Under the pieces are notes generated by a model. It made no database searches and was not told the origin of the DNA. It saw only the letters and a program-made list of their open reading frames with translations. A stretch of 47,924 bases of DNA, taken from assembly GCA_036741755.1 (NCBI GenBank), contig DAINRP010000001.1:1-47924 (forward strand), read 5' to 3'. Positions within the stretch are counted from its first letter, which is position 1; every line of letters begins with the position of its first letter. Below, piece after piece: positions 1-9,393 of this stretch. The DNA is from Gemmatimonadales bacterium (GTDB taxonomy: Bacteria; Gemmatimonadota; Gemmatimonadetes; Gemmatimonadales; GWC2-71-9). A program made the position numbers and the translations under genes.

Positions 1-691
1 CCGGATTGGTCAGGAAGCGGACCACGATCTCGGCCCAGTTGAGATCGATGGCCGTCACTGTCGCTCCCGCCAGCCCGACCTCGGCAAGCAACTCTGCTTC
101 AGTCTCGACCTGGGCACGGGCGTACTTCACGCGCAGCGCCTCCGTCGTGCTCAGGGTGACGAGCTGGCCCCGCTCCGCCAGCCCGGCCACACCGAGGCTT
201 TCGTCCACCATCGCTTCCGCGATACGGGGGTCGAGCCCACGGGCCTCGGCGAGGGCCCGGAACTCTCCGCGCATCGCCGAAACGTACTTCTCCGGCATCT
301 TGGTCCCCTGCCCGTCCACCGGCGTCGCGGCCCCCAGCACAGCGCCGGTCCGCATGAAGATGCCGGACGTGGACAGCGCGATCAGTGCCCCGGCGCTGTA
401 CGCGCGCGGATTCACGAAGGCGTATACCGGGACCTTCGAGGCTCGCACCGCATCGGCGATACGCTCGGCGGCATCCACCCTCCCGCCTGGCGTGTCGAGG
501 TCTAGGACCACCGCCGAGGCATTTGCGGCGTTCGCCTCCCGGAGCCCGCGGATGACATAGGGCGCGAGCCCGTTCTCGATGGTGCCGTGAATATCGAGGC
601 GATAGACCGCGCCGGAAGGTGCCTGTGCGGCAGCCGAGGGAGCGCCCGCCAGAAGGAGGGGGAGACTGAGCAGGACAGCGATGACGCGCAT
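1..691 (-). CDS. NfeD-like membrane-bound ClpP-class serine protease, N-terminal part (gene runs off the left window edge)
   Basis: Absent from the ORF track because it is open at the edge. My reverse translation from ATG (691..689) gives MRVIAVLLSLPLLLAGAPSAAAQAPSGAVYRLDIHGTIENGLAPYVIRGLREANAANASAVVLDLDTPGGRVDAAERIADAVRASKVPVYAFVNPRAYSAGALIALS... This shows a signal peptide followed by the LDTPGG and SAG motifs typical of the NfeD/SppA ClpP-like fold. Confidence 0.7.
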   Translation of the reverse strand, partial: MRVIAVLLSLPLLLAGAPSAAAQAPSGAVYRLDIHGTIENGLAPYVIRGLREANAANASAVVLDLDTPGGRVDAAERIADAVRASKVPVYAFVNPRAYSAGALIALSTSGIFMRTGAVLGAATPVDGQGTKMPEKYVSAMRGEFRALAEARGLDPRIAEAMVDESLGVAGLAERGQLVTLSTTEALRVKYARAQVETEAELLAEVGLAGATVTAIDLNWAEIVVRFLTNP

Positions 692-820
692 TTCTGACTC
701 CAGGGAACTTGGAGTAATGGTAGCGCCCGCTGTCCGAAAATGCAGGGGGTGGAGATCGGGTAGCGGTCTGACCCCGCTCCCGACCCCCGCCGCTTCGAGA
801 CGGCACCCGCACCGCCACGC

Positions 821-1336
821 CTAGGGCCGGAGTCGTCGCCGGCGCAGGGGAGTGGGCGTGCTGTCGGACGCGCGCAAATCCTGGGCTTCCTTGATTCGGT
901 CGAGCAGCCGTTCACGCAGAATGAGATACTGCGCTCGCTGCACCGGATTCAGGAACGCCGACTGGTCTCGAAGCTCATCCTTGTAGGACTGCACGTAGCG
1001 GAGCTTGAGGTCGAGCAGCTGGTCCGTCAGCCGGGCCACGTGCTCGCTGTTGGCGGCGACCCCCGGGCGCAGTTCTGCGGCAAGGCCCTGCCGGAGCTGG
1101 CGCTCCTCCGCCTGCATCGCACGGCGCTTGCCGAAGTACTGCCAGACGACCTCACGCAGCCGGGATGACTGCTGATCGGTGAGGCCGAGCTCCTCCTGAA
1201 CCCGGGCAGTGAACCGCTCCTCGATGAGCCGCCGGAGCTCCCCCGCCCGGCCCTGATCCGCGGTGCCGGTCTCCTGGGCGGTGAGCGGCGCCGCGAACAG
1301 CAGGCCAAGGATGAACAGCCATCGTGTGGTACGCAT
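821..1336 (-). CDS. Periplasmic Spy/CpxP-family (LTXXQ-motif) protein
   Basis: Track ORF 821..1609 trimmed to the internal ATG at 1336 (MRTTRWLFILGLLFAAPLTAQ signal peptide). Helical, Arg/Gln/Glu-rich, with LTDQQ and LNPVQ motifs. Its start overlaps the anti-sigma stop by 1 nt (TGATG). Confidence 0.7.
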   Translation of the reverse strand: MRTTRWLFILGLLFAAPLTAQETGTADQGRAGELRRLIEERFTARVQEELGLTDQQSSRLREVVWQYFGKRRAMQAEERQLRQGLAAELRPGVAANSEHVARLTDQLLDLKLRYVQSYKDELRDQSAFLNPVQRAQYLILRERLLDRIKEAQDLRASDSTPTPLRRRRLRP

Positions 1337-1854
1337 CAGCCCTCCAGCGAGCGCAGCACGCGCTCCAGTTGATGATCGTCCAGGTCGCCGAGGCGCGGTG
1401 CATCCGGTGCGCCGCCGGCGCCGAGAGGTTCGTCCAATCCGTCCAGCACCGATTCCAGCTCCTCGGTATTCAGCGCCTCGAGTTCCGCGAGCGGCACATG
1501 CAGGACCACCGTGGCGGTCCGGGTCGTGTCGGGGCCTGCAGTCGCCTGCCGCGAACCGACCCTCACCATGAGCACGAGAACCGCGGCGGCAGCCAGGCCG
1601 GCCAGCCACCCACCCCGTCTCCAGCGCGCGGCACGGCGCCCGGCGGCAAGTCGGTGCGCGACGGCTCGGTGCACACGCTCGGGATCGATACGCTGAGCCG
1701 CGGCATCACCGAGCCGCCGGGCCGCCGCCACGATCCGCCATTCCGCCCCACATGCGGTACACGAGGCCAGATGCGCCGCATCTGCGGCTTCCCATTCTGC
1801 CAGGCCGTTTGCCACCAGAGGGATCCGGTCCTGGATTGCTTCGCAGTCGGTCAT
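1336..1854 (-). CDS. Anti-sigma factor with zf-HC2 (ZAS-type) zinc finger and one transmembrane helix
   Basis: The N-terminus MTDCEAIQDRIP...AAHLASCTACGAEW contains an H-x3-C-x2-C motif. A central TM segment (GWLAGLAAAAVLVLMV) follows. The gene overlaps the upstream ECF sigma gene by 4 nt. Confidence 0.75.
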   Translation of the reverse strand: MTDCEAIQDRIPLVANGLAEWEAADAAHLASCTACGAEWRIVAAARRLGDAAAQRIDPERVHRAVAHRLAAGRRAARWRRGGWLAGLAAAAVLVLMVRVGSRQATAGPDTTRTATVVLHVPLAELEALNTEELESVLDGLDEPLGAGGAPDAPRLGDLDDHQLERVLRSLEG

Positions 1855-2405
1855 TCGACCAGCTCCTTGAGCTTCTTCACCGCGTGGTGGTAATGCACCC
1901 GGGCGGCCCCCGGCGTCGTTCCCAGTGTCTCGGCAATCGCGCCGTAGTCCATGCCCTGTTGCGCCCGTAACAGGAAGACCTCGCGCTGCAGGCGCGGAAG
2001 GGTCCCGAGTCCCTGCTGCATCCGGATTTCGGCTTCAGACGCATCGAACGTGGCCGCGGGGTCGTCAGATGCCGGGAGATCGCTGTCCTCGAGCGAGACG
2101 TGGACTCGGCCCCGCCGGCGGCGATACTGGTCCTTCAGAAGATTGCTCGCGATGCTGAGCAGCCAGCTGCGGAACGCCGCCTCGCCCCGCCACCCCTCCA
2201 GCCCCCGGAATGCCCGAATGAAGGTCTCCTGAACGAGATCCTCGAGTTCGCCACGATCCGCCCCGGCGCCTCCAAGGAACCGGGCGAGCGCGGCCGCATG
2301 GCGCCCCACAAGCGCCGAGGCGCTTCGCTCGTCCCCGCCGCGGTAGGCCAGGACCAGGGCAGCATCGGTCGGGTCGGTACTGGAGAGGGCGGCCGGCACA
2401 CTCAT
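1851..2405 (-). CDS. ECF-type RNA polymerase sigma-70 family factor
   Basis: 184 aa. Region 2 (DLVQETFIRAFRGLEGWRGEAAFRSWLLSIASNLLKDQYRRR) and region 4 (LPRLQREVFLLRAQQGMDYGAIAETLGTTPGAARVHYHHAVKKL) are both recognisable. Confidence 0.9.
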   Translation of the reverse strand: MSVPAALSSTDPTDAALVLAYRGGDERSASALVGRHAAALARFLGGAGADRGELEDLVQETFIRAFRGLEGWRGEAAFRSWLLSIASNLLKDQYRRRRGRVHVSLEDSDLPASDDPAATFDASEAEIRMQQGLGTLPRLQREVFLLRAQQGMDYGAIAETLGTTPGAARVHYHHAVKKLKELVE

Positions 2406-2532
2406 CGTTGCGGGGTGGACGGCTCCGGTCGGAAGATGTTAAGTCGATCTGGAGGCGGAGGATGGGCTGGCCCTGCGCCCGCCGCAAGCCACCCCCCGCT
2501 AGATTCTTCTGGTCTCAAACCCAGGATCCCCA

Positions 2533-3732
2533 GTGCGTGACGCCGTGATTACTGCTGCAGTGCGGACCCCGGTGGGCCGGGCCGGTGGTGCCCTCGCCGA
2601 CATCCGGGCCGACGACCTCGCGGCCGTCGCGGTCAAGGCGCTCGTCGAGCGGGCGCAGCTCCCCCCGGATCAGATCGAGGATGTGATCCTCGGCTGCAGC
2701 AATCAGGCGGGCGAGGACAACCGCAACGTCGCCCGGATGGCCACGCTGCTCGCAGGCCTCCCCGTGGAGATCCCGGGCCAGACGGTCAACCGCCTCTGCG
2801 GGTCGGGACTGCAGGCCATCGTGACCGCTGCCCAGTCGGTGCGGGCCGGCGAAGGTGAGATATTCGTCGCCGGCGGCGTCGAGAGCATGACCCGAGCACC
2901 ATATGTCATGCTGAAGAGCGGAGCGCCGTGGAATCGTACCCCGCCACCGATGGCGGACACCACGGTCGGATGGCGCTTCATCAACCCGAAAATGCCAAAG
3001 GAATGGACCATCGCCCTCGGGGAAACCGCCGAGCGGGTGGCGCAGCGCTACGGCATCACCCGGGAGGAGCAGGACCGCTTCGCGGCGGAGAGCCAGCGGC
3101 GCGCCCAGGAGGCCCTTGCCAGCGGGGTCTTCGCCGATGAGCTGGTGCCGGTCTCAGTCCCGGACGGCAAGGGAGGAACCACCCTGTTCACCACCGACGA
3201 GCACCCGCGCGCTGGCGTGACGATGGACGCGCTCGGAAAGATGAAGCCCGCGTTCCTCAAGGACGGCACCGTCACCGCGGGCAGCTCGAGCGGCATCAAT
3301 GACGGTGCGGCGGCCGTCAGCGTGCTGAGCTCGGAGGCGGCGCGGGCGCTCGGCAGGAGACCGCTGGCCCGAATCGTGGCGAGCGCCGTCGCGGGACTCG
3401 ATCCCTCCGTCATGGGGCTCGGGCCGATTCCCGCGACTCGGAAGGCGCTGGCGCGGGCCGGCCTCACGGTCGCGCAACTCGATCTGGTCGAGCTGAATGA
3501 GGCCTTCGCCTCCCAGTCCATCGCCTGCATCCGTGAGCTCGGACTCGATCCGGCGAGGGTGAACATCCACGGCGGCGCCATCGCCCTCGGCCACCCTCTC
3601 GGCGCCAGCGGCGCGAAGATCGTCGCCACGCTGGTGCATGCACTTCACCGCACCGGCGGGCGGTACGGCCTGGCCTCGATGTGCATCGGCGTCGGTCAGG
3701 GAATCGCGATGATCGTGGAGCGAATCGACTGA
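2533..3732 (+). CDS. Acetyl-CoA C-acyltransferase (thiolase)
   Basis: 399 aa with a GTG start. Contains [12 protein letters not shown] (active-site Cys), NEAFASQ, and a C-terminal [17 protein letters not shown]...CIGVGQGIA. These are classic thiolase signatures. Confidence 0.93.
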   Translation: MRDAVITAAVRTPVGRAGGALADIRADDLAAVAVKALVERAQLPPDQIEDVILGCSNQAGEDNRNVARMATLLAGLPVEIPGQTVNRLCGSGLQAIVTAAQSVRAGEGEIFVAGGVESMTRAPYVMLKSGAPWNRTPPPMADTTVGWRFINPKMPKEWTIALGETAERVAQRYGITREEQDRFAAESQRRAQEALASGVFADELVPVSVPDGKGGTTLFTTDEHPRAGVTMDALGKMKPAFLKDGTVTAGSSSGINDGAAAVSVLSSEAARALGRRPLARIVASAVAGLDPSVMGLGPIPATRKALARAGLTVAQLDLVELNEAFASQSIACIRELGLDPARVNIHGGAIALGHPLGASGAKIVATLVHALHRTGGRYGLASMCIGVGQGIAMIVERID

Positions 3733-4403
3733 TGCCTCAGGTCATCGCGCACCGGGGCGCGTCGGGGCACGCCCACGAGAATTCCCCCACCGCGTTCCGC
3801 CAGGCCTCCGGGCTGGGCGCCGATGGCGTGGAACTCGACATCCACACGACCGCCGATGGCTGCTTCCTGGTGCATCACGATGCCCATGTCCGCGGCGTCG
3901 GAATCATCGGGGAGCTGCCGCGGTCAGCATTCGCGGACTACCTGCTGCCCAATGGCGAGCCCATCCCGACCCTGGACGAAGCGCTACGGATGCTGGAGGG
4001 CCTGGATGTGTGGATCGAGGTCAAGACGCTGCCGGCGAGCGCCGATGCCCGGCTGCTCGAGACCCTCGACGCCGGGCCGACGCCGTCGCGGTATGCGGTG
4101 CATGGATTCGATCACCGGATCGTGGCGCGGCTCGGAGATCTCCGGCCCGAACTGCGCCGAGGGGCGTTGCTGGCCTCCTACCTGCTCGACACACTCCCGG
4201 TCCTGCACGGAACCGGGGCCGATACGCTTTGGATGGAATCGCAACTCATCGACCAAGTCCTGGTGACGGACCTGCACACCGATGGCATGCGGATCATCGC
4301 GTGGACGGCCAATGACGAGCGCGACATCCGGCGCCTGATCGCCCTGGGGGTGGACGGGATCTGCGGCAACTACCCCGAACGGATCCGCGCCGCGCTGGGA
4401 TGA
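3732..4403 (+). CDS. Glycerophosphodiester phosphodiesterase (GdpD/UgpQ family)
   Basis: Track ORF trimmed to [25 protein letters not shown]...GADGVELDIHTTADG, which carries the HRG...EN...E-D-H GDPD motif. The ATG overlaps the thiolase TGA (TGATG). Confidence 0.85.
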   Translation: MPQVIAHRGASGHAHENSPTAFRQASGLGADGVELDIHTTADGCFLVHHDAHVRGVGIIGELPRSAFADYLLPNGEPIPTLDEALRMLEGLDVWIEVKTLPASADARLLETLDAGPTPSRYAVHGFDHRIVARLGDLRPELRRGALLASYLLDTLPVLHGTGADTLWMESQLIDQVLVTDLHTDGMRIIAWTANDERDIRRLIALGVDGICGNYPERIRAALG

Positions 4404-4511
4404 ACCGGCCGGCGGAGTCGCCAACGAAACGGTGAGCCGCTACCTTCTCTCGGCGAACCCGGCGCCCGCCGGGCGACGAAACCGCACTTCCGACTCTATC
4501 GTAGGCCCCGC

Positions 4512-5891
4512 GTGACTCATCGCCAGACAGCGCCGACACCCAGCCGGGTGTGGCCCGTCATTCCCATCGTGGTGCTCCTGCTGACCCTCTCTGGCGCCCT
4601 GCCGCTCCGCGCCCAGGATGCAGGGCGTATCAGCTACGAGCGTTTCTCCCTGTCCAACGGCCTCGAAGTCCTGCTGGCCCCGGATCACACAAGTCAGGTG
4701 GTGGCGGTGAGCGTCTGGTACCGCGCGGGATCGCGGAATGAGCCACCGACCAAGGCCGGGCTGGCGCGGCTGTTCGAGCACCTGATGTTCACCGGGTCGG
4801 CCAATGTCCCCGCCGGGGGCCATGGCGCAATCGTCGAGGATGCCGGGGGGCGGCTCACTGCAGCTGTCGATGAGGAGTTCTCCCGCTACAGCGAGACGCT
4901 CCCCTCCAACCGGCTCAATCTCGGCCTGTGGCTCGAAGCTGAACGGATGCGGTCCCTGGCCATCAATGACACCACGGTCGGCCAGAGCCAGAGCGGCCTC
5001 CTCAGCGACCTCGAGGCGCGGATCGGCGGCGAGGCCTATACGGGCGCAATCTTCGACGCGATCGCGTCCGTCTATGACTCCACCACCTGTCCGGGATACG
5101 CGCACCCCTCGATCGGCCGTGTCAGCACGATCCGGTCCCTCACGACTGCCGACGCACGGAACTTCTTCCAGCAGTACTATCGCCCCAGCAACGCGCGACT
5201 CGTAGTCACGGGCGACTTCGACCCCGCGGCGACCCGGCAGCAGATCGAAGCCTATTTCGGCGACATCCCGCGGGGGGCCGACACGCCAGAGCCTGGCTGC
5301 ACGCCCGCGCCCGTCTCGGGCCCGCGCAGCACGACGCTGCGCGACCGGCTCGCGGGCCGGGTGGCAGTCGGCCGTTTCTATCCCATTCCGGCCCATCGCG
5401 ACGCGAACACTCCGGCGCTCGAGCTGCTGGGCATCATTCTCAGCCAGGGCCCCGGCTCTCGCCTCACTGCCAGGATGGTGCGCGAAACCCGGACGGCCGA
5501 TGCCACCCAGGGCGGGCTACTAACGGACCGGGCGGGTCCCGGCGTCTTCGGGCTCTTCGCCGTGGCGGCCGAGGGGGTGACCGCCGATTCGTTAGGCGCC
5601 GAGCTGGCCGCACAGGCGGCATGGGCGGCTGGCCCGGGCCTGACGGACGCGGACCTCCTCCGTGCGCGGAATATCTACCTCGCGACCGCGGTCAGCGGAC
5701 GCGAACGTCCCGCCGACGTCGCGGAAGCGCTGCATCACGCGACCGCGCTTCACGGGGCCGTCGAGTCGGTCAACACGGAACTGGCGGGCATCCTGGCGGT
5801 CACGCTTGCAGACGTCCGCCAAGCGGCGGCGACGTGGCTGGCCGCGGACCGCGCCCTGACGATGATCGTCGTACCGGAGACCACGCCATGA
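4512..5891 (+). CDS. M16 (pitrilysin/insulinase) family peptidase-like protein, secreted, with zinc motif variant RxxEH
   Basis: Signal peptide (VIPIVVLLLTLSGALPLRAQ). M16 N-terminal signature NGLEVLLAPDH...AVSVWYRAGSRNEP..KAGLARLFEHLMFTGS. The first His of HxxEH is encoded as Arg (cgg) in the DNA. Confidence 0.85.
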   Translation: MTHRQTAPTPSRVWPVIPIVVLLLTLSGALPLRAQDAGRISYERFSLSNGLEVLLAPDHTSQVVAVSVWYRAGSRNEPPTKAGLARLFEHLMFTGSANVPAGGHGAIVEDAGGRLTAAVDEEFSRYSETLPSNRLNLGLWLEAERMRSLAINDTTVGQSQSGLLSDLEARIGGEAYTGAIFDAIASVYDSTTCPGYAHPSIGRVSTIRSLTTADARNFFQQYYRPSNARLVVTGDFDPAATRQQIEAYFGDIPRGADTPEPGCTPAPVSGPRSTTLRDRLAGRVAVGRFYPIPAHRDANTPALELLGIILSQGPGSRLTARMVRETRTADATQGGLLTDRAGPGVFGLFAVAAEGVTADSLGAELAAQAAWAAGPGLTDADLLRARNIYLATAVSGRERPADVAEALHHATALHGAVESVNTELAGILAVTLADVRQAAATWLAADRALTMIVVPETTP

Positions 5892-7957
5892 ATCGCGTCA
5901 TGCCGCTTGGCGTCCTGCTCGCCGCCGTCAGTCCGCTCACTGCCCAGCAGGCGCCCGCCGGGCCGCCCGAACCCGCCCCGATCGTGGCCCCCGCCCTGCC
6001 CCGCGCCCAGCAGGCCGTCCTTGCCAACGGGCTGCGATTGATACTCCTGGAACAGCACCGGCAGCCGGTCCTCTCGCTGGCGCTCTCGGTGCCGGCCGGC
6101 AGCGCGTTCGATCCGCCGGGACGAGAGGGAACCGCCGAGATGCTGGCCGCGCTCGCCACACGAGGCGGCGGCACCCTGACCGCGTCGCAGGTCGCGGCGG
6201 CGATCGAAGGAGTGGGCGGTTCGCTGAGTGCCGCCGCCGATCCGGATTATCTCACAGTCCAGGCCGACGTCGTGTCGGCGCATGCCGCGCTGGCCTTCGA
6301 GCTGATCGCCGACGGGCTGCTCCGGCCGGCATTGACGCCCGATGAACTGGGACTGCTCCGCAATCAGACCGCCGAGGCGCTGCAGGGTGGTCTCGCTGAT
6401 CCGGGCACCCTCGCCGCCCGAATCTTCCTGCTCGGGGCCTACCAGCGCTTCCCTTACGCGCGCCGGGCGACACCCGGATCGGTCACCGCGATCACGCGCG
6501 ACGATCTGCTGGCGTTCCACAAGGCGCGGGTAAGGCCCGCCGGGGCAATTCTCGTCGTGGTCGGTGACATCACATTGCCCGAAGCGCGGCGCCTCACAAT
6601 CAAGGCCTTCGGCGCCTGGAAGGGCATCAAGCCGGCTCCGCTGCCAGTCCCGACAAGGAGCGCTCCGCCCCGCGGCATCGTCCTGGTGCATGCGCCCGGC
6701 GCGCTGGACGCGAGCATCCTGGTCGGCGGCACCACGTTCGCCGGCACCGATACGGCGTACTATGCCGCGGCAGTCCTCAATCGCGTGATCGGTGACGAAC
6801 GCAATGGCCGGCTCATTCGCGCGCTTGGGCGGGAGCATGCGTGGACCTCGGCGGCCGGCGCCTCGTTCCTGCGGACCGCGCGGCTCGGGCTCTTCCAGGC
6901 GACGGCAGCCGTGCCGGCCGAGGTCGCCGATTCGGCGCTGCGCGAGATGTACGCCCAGTTGGAGGTGCTCAGAAACGAACTCGCCCCCGCACGAGAACTC
7001 GCCCGCGCGCGGGAGAACGTCGCGGGCGGATTCGCCCTGCGGCTGCAGACGGCCAGCCAGCTCGCCGGCGGCATCACCGAGACGAGCGTGCTCGGACTCC
7101 CCGCGAGCTATGTCGCCGGATATCGGATGAAGGTCGCGGCGATCACCGCGGCGCAGGTCCGCGCTGTCGCTCGCCGGGCATTCCCGGCGAATGCCCTCGT
7201 CACCGTCGTCGTGGGCGATGGCGCTCGCCTCTTCGGACCACTCAGCAGGATCGCCCCGGTGCAACTCTTCGCCAGCGACGGCCGCCCGCTCACCGCCGCC
7301 GAGGTCGAGCCGCAAACCGGTGCGCTGGTGCTCAATCTGGGCGCGATGTCACCGCGGACGGATACGCTCGCCATTCTCGCTCAGGGTCAGACAATCGGGC
7401 TGCAGGTGACGCGACTGGTGCGTGCCGGAGACAGCCTGATCTACTCCGAGCGGACCCAGCTGGGGCAGGCGCTCAATCAGACGACCACCCTGACCTTTGA
7501 CACCGTCGGCCGCATGCGGCACCTGGATCAGACGGGGGTCGTGCGCGGCCAGGATACGAAGATTCGGCTCGGCTACGGTGGCGGTCGGGTGCGGGGTGAG
7601 GTCCAGGTGGTCGGGAGCAAGGGCCCGGAGCACTTCACGGTGGACACCGCGATCGCATCCACGGTCCTCGACGACAACGCGGTCCAGGCCATCCTTCCGC
7701 TGTTGCCGTGGGCGATGAACACCCGCTGGTCCTTTCAGGTGTTCGTCTCCGGCGAGAATGCGGTACGCGCCATGACCCTCACCGCCGCTGATATTGCGAA
7801 GGTGAATACCCCGGCCGGCAGCTTCGAATGCTACCGAGCTGATCTGGAGGGAGGGCAGCAGCGGGTCTCTTTCTTCGTGACGACCGCTCTCCCTCATCGG
7901 GTCGTCCGGGTCGAACTAGCCAACTCTCCGGTGGTCTTCATCGCGGTAAACCCCTGA
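5888..7957 (+). CDS. M16 family peptidase-like protein without a zinc motif, carrying a C-terminal extension of about 230 aa with unknown function
   Basis: Track ORF 5621..7957 trimmed to the ATG at 5888 (ATGA overlap with the upstream stop), giving MNRVMPLGVLLAAVSPLTAQQ as a signal peptide. M16 fold is supported by ANGLRLILLEQHRQPVLSLALSVPAGSAFDP.GREGTAEMLAALATRG. About 455 aa of M16 are followed by an unassigned C-terminal domain. Confidence 0.8.
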   Translation: MNRVMPLGVLLAAVSPLTAQQAPAGPPEPAPIVAPALPRAQQAVLANGLRLILLEQHRQPVLSLALSVPAGSAFDPPGREGTAEMLAALATRGGGTLTASQVAAAIEGVGGSLSAAADPDYLTVQADVVSAHAALAFELIADGLLRPALTPDELGLLRNQTAEALQGGLADPGTLAARIFLLGAYQRFPYARRATPGSVTAITRDDLLAFHKARVRPAGAILVVVGDITLPEARRLTIKAFGAWKGIKPAPLPVPTRSAPPRGIVLVHAPGALDASILVGGTTFAGTDTAYYAAAVLNRVIGDERNGRLIRALGREHAWTSAAGASFLRTARLGLFQATAAVPAEVADSALREMYAQLEVLRNELAPARELARARENVAGGFALRLQTASQLAGGITETSVLGLPASYVAGYRMKVAAITAAQVRAVARRAFPANALVTVVVGDGARLFGPLSRIAPVQLFASDGRPLTAAEVEPQTGALVLNLGAMSPRTDTLAILAQGQTIGLQVTRLVRAGDSLIYSERTQLGQALNQTTTLTFDTVGRMRHLDQTGVVRGQDTKIRLGYGGGRVRGEVQVVGSKGPEHFTVDTAIASTVLDDNAVQAILPLLPWAMNTRWSFQVFVSGENAVRAMTLTAADIAKVNTPAGSFECYRADLEGGQQRVSFFVTTALPHRVVRVELANSPVVFIAVNP

Positions 7958-7965
7958 TCCCGATC

Positions 7966-9393
7966 GTGGAAAGGAACACCCCGATGCTGCGCTCCTCGAT
8001 CATGGGACTGCTTTCGCTGACGCTCGCAGGCTGTGCCGGCCGCACCCAGCCCGCGACTCCGAGCCCGGCCGCCGGTCCGTCGGCCAAGACGACCACGCTG
8101 AGCTGGGAGCGTAGCCAGTATCCGTCCACCTACAAGCGAAAGCCAAACCCACCGGTGTTTATCCGGAACGCAACGATCATGACGGGCGCCGGCCCGGAGA
8201 TCGCGCGCGGGTCGATTCTCTTCCGTGAGGGGCGGATCGTCGCCGTCGGCACAACCCTCGAGCCCCCGGCCGACGCGACCGTCGTCGATGGCACAGGGAA
8301 GTTCGTCACCCCCGGTCTGATCGATACTCACAGCCACCTCGGCGTGTACTCCGCGCCCGGCACCTTCGCGGAAAGTGACGGGAACGAAGCCACGAATCCG
8401 GTGACGGCCCAGGTCTGGGCGGAACACAGCTTCTGGCCGCAGGATCCGCAGATCCCTCTGGCGATCGCCGGCGGCGTCACGACCATCCAGGCGCTGCCGG
8501 GCTCCGCGAACCTGATCGGGGGACGGTCGGCCACGCTTCGGCTGACGCCGGCGCGCACGGTGCAGGAGATGAAATTCCCCGGCGCACCCTACGGACTCAA
8601 GATGGCGTGCGGGGAGAACCCGAAGCGCGTCTATCAGAGTCGGGGACCATCCACCCGGATGGGCAACATGGCGGGCTATCGTGAGGCGTTCATCCGCGCG
8701 GAACAGTACCGCCACAAATGGGATGAATGGCTGAAGAGCCGGAAGGGCAATCCACCGGATCGCGACCTGCAGCTCGAGACGCTGGCCGATGTGCTGCGCG
8801 GACGGATCCTGGTGCACAACCACTGCTATCGCGCCGACGAGATGGCGCAGATGATCGACCTCTCGCATGAGTTCGGGTTCACCATCCGATCGTTCCACCA
8901 CGTGGTCGAGGGGTACAAGGTGGCCGACCTGCTGGCCCGCGAGGGCATCGCCGCCTCGGTGTGGGCCGACTGGTGCTGCTTCAAGATGGAGTCGTATGAT
9001 GCCGTGCCCCAGAACGCGGCGCTCATTACCCAGGCCGGCGCGCGTGCGATCATACATTCGGACGATCCGATCGGCATCCAGCGCCTGAACCAGGAGGCCG
9101 CGAAGGCGCTCTATGCGGGTCAGCAGGTTGGGATCGTGGTGACCCGCGAACAGGCCATTCGCTGGATCACGGCGAATCCGGCCTGGGCACTCGGCATCGA
9201 TTCGGTGACCGGCACGCTGGAGGCCGGCAAGATGGCGGATGTGGTGCTCTGGTCCGGCGACCCCTTCTCGATCTACAGCACCGCGGATCAGGTCTACAAC
9301 GATGGCTGGCTGGTCTTCGACCGGCACGACCCCAGACATCAGCCCTCCACGGATTTCAATCTGGGTATCGCGGAGCCGGGGGTGGGCCGATGA
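7966..9393 (+). CDS. Amidohydrolase-superfamily metallohydrolase (COG1228-like), lipoprotein
   Basis: Lipobox LTLAGC. Contains GKFVTPGLIDTHSHLG (an HxH metal motif at the end of beta-strand 1) and the C-terminal amidohydrolase signature GTLEAGKMADVVLWSGDP. Confidence 0.85.
   Translation: MERNTPMLRSSIMGLLSLTLAGCAGRTQPATPSPAAGPSAKTTTLSWERSQYPSTYKRKPNPPVFIRNATIMTGAGPEIARGSILFREGRIVAVGTTLEPPADATVVDGTGKFVTPGLIDTHSHLGVYSAPGTFAESDGNEATNPVTAQVWAEHSFWPQDPQIPLAIAGGVTTIQALPGSANLIGGRSATLRLTPARTVQEMKFPGAPYGLKMACGENPKRVYQSRGPSTRMGNMAGYREAFIRAEQYRHKWDEWLKSRKGNPPDRDLQLETLADVLRGRILVHNHCYRADEMAQMIDLSHEFGFTIRSFHHVVEGYKVADLLAREGIAASVWADWCCFKMESYDAVPQNAALITQAGARAIIHSDDPIGIQRLNQEAAKALYAGQQVGIVVTREQAIRWITANPAWALGIDSVTGTLEAGKMADVVLWSGDPFSIYSTADQVYNDGWLVFDRHDPRHQPSTDFNLGIAEPGVGR

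Noticed and set aside
5621-5887. N-terminal extensions of track ORFs. Examples are 5621 against 5888, 1609 against 1336, 3681 against 3732, 19079 against 18944, 20941 against 20704, 23586 against 23526, 26660 against 26372, 29444 against 29315, 31327 against 31027, 32220 against 32136, 32022 against 32199, 33617 against 33650, 35257 against 35368 and 47916 against 47889.
   Set aside because: The extensions overlap the upstream gene heavily and encode Arg/Pro-rich junk. They are followed by an internal start that gives a proper signal peptide or family N-terminus and a 1- or 4-nt stop/start overlap.
5750-7315. Very long antisense or alternate-frame ORFs. Examples are 5750..7315(-) at 521 aa, 7894..9438(-) at 514 aa, 14268..15428(+), 19580..20707(+), 20704..22293(+), 23288..25504(+) at 738 aa, 27573..29366(+) at 597 aa, 29483..30808(+), 36259..37884(-) at 541 aa, 40392..41903(+), 44337..45371(+) and 46267..47568(+).
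   Set aside because: Each lies opposite to, or out of frame with, a gene that has clear family signatures. Their products are Arg/Gly/Ala/Pro-rich low-complexity strings with no recognisable motifs. Stop-poor shadow frames of this kind are expected at about 70% GC.
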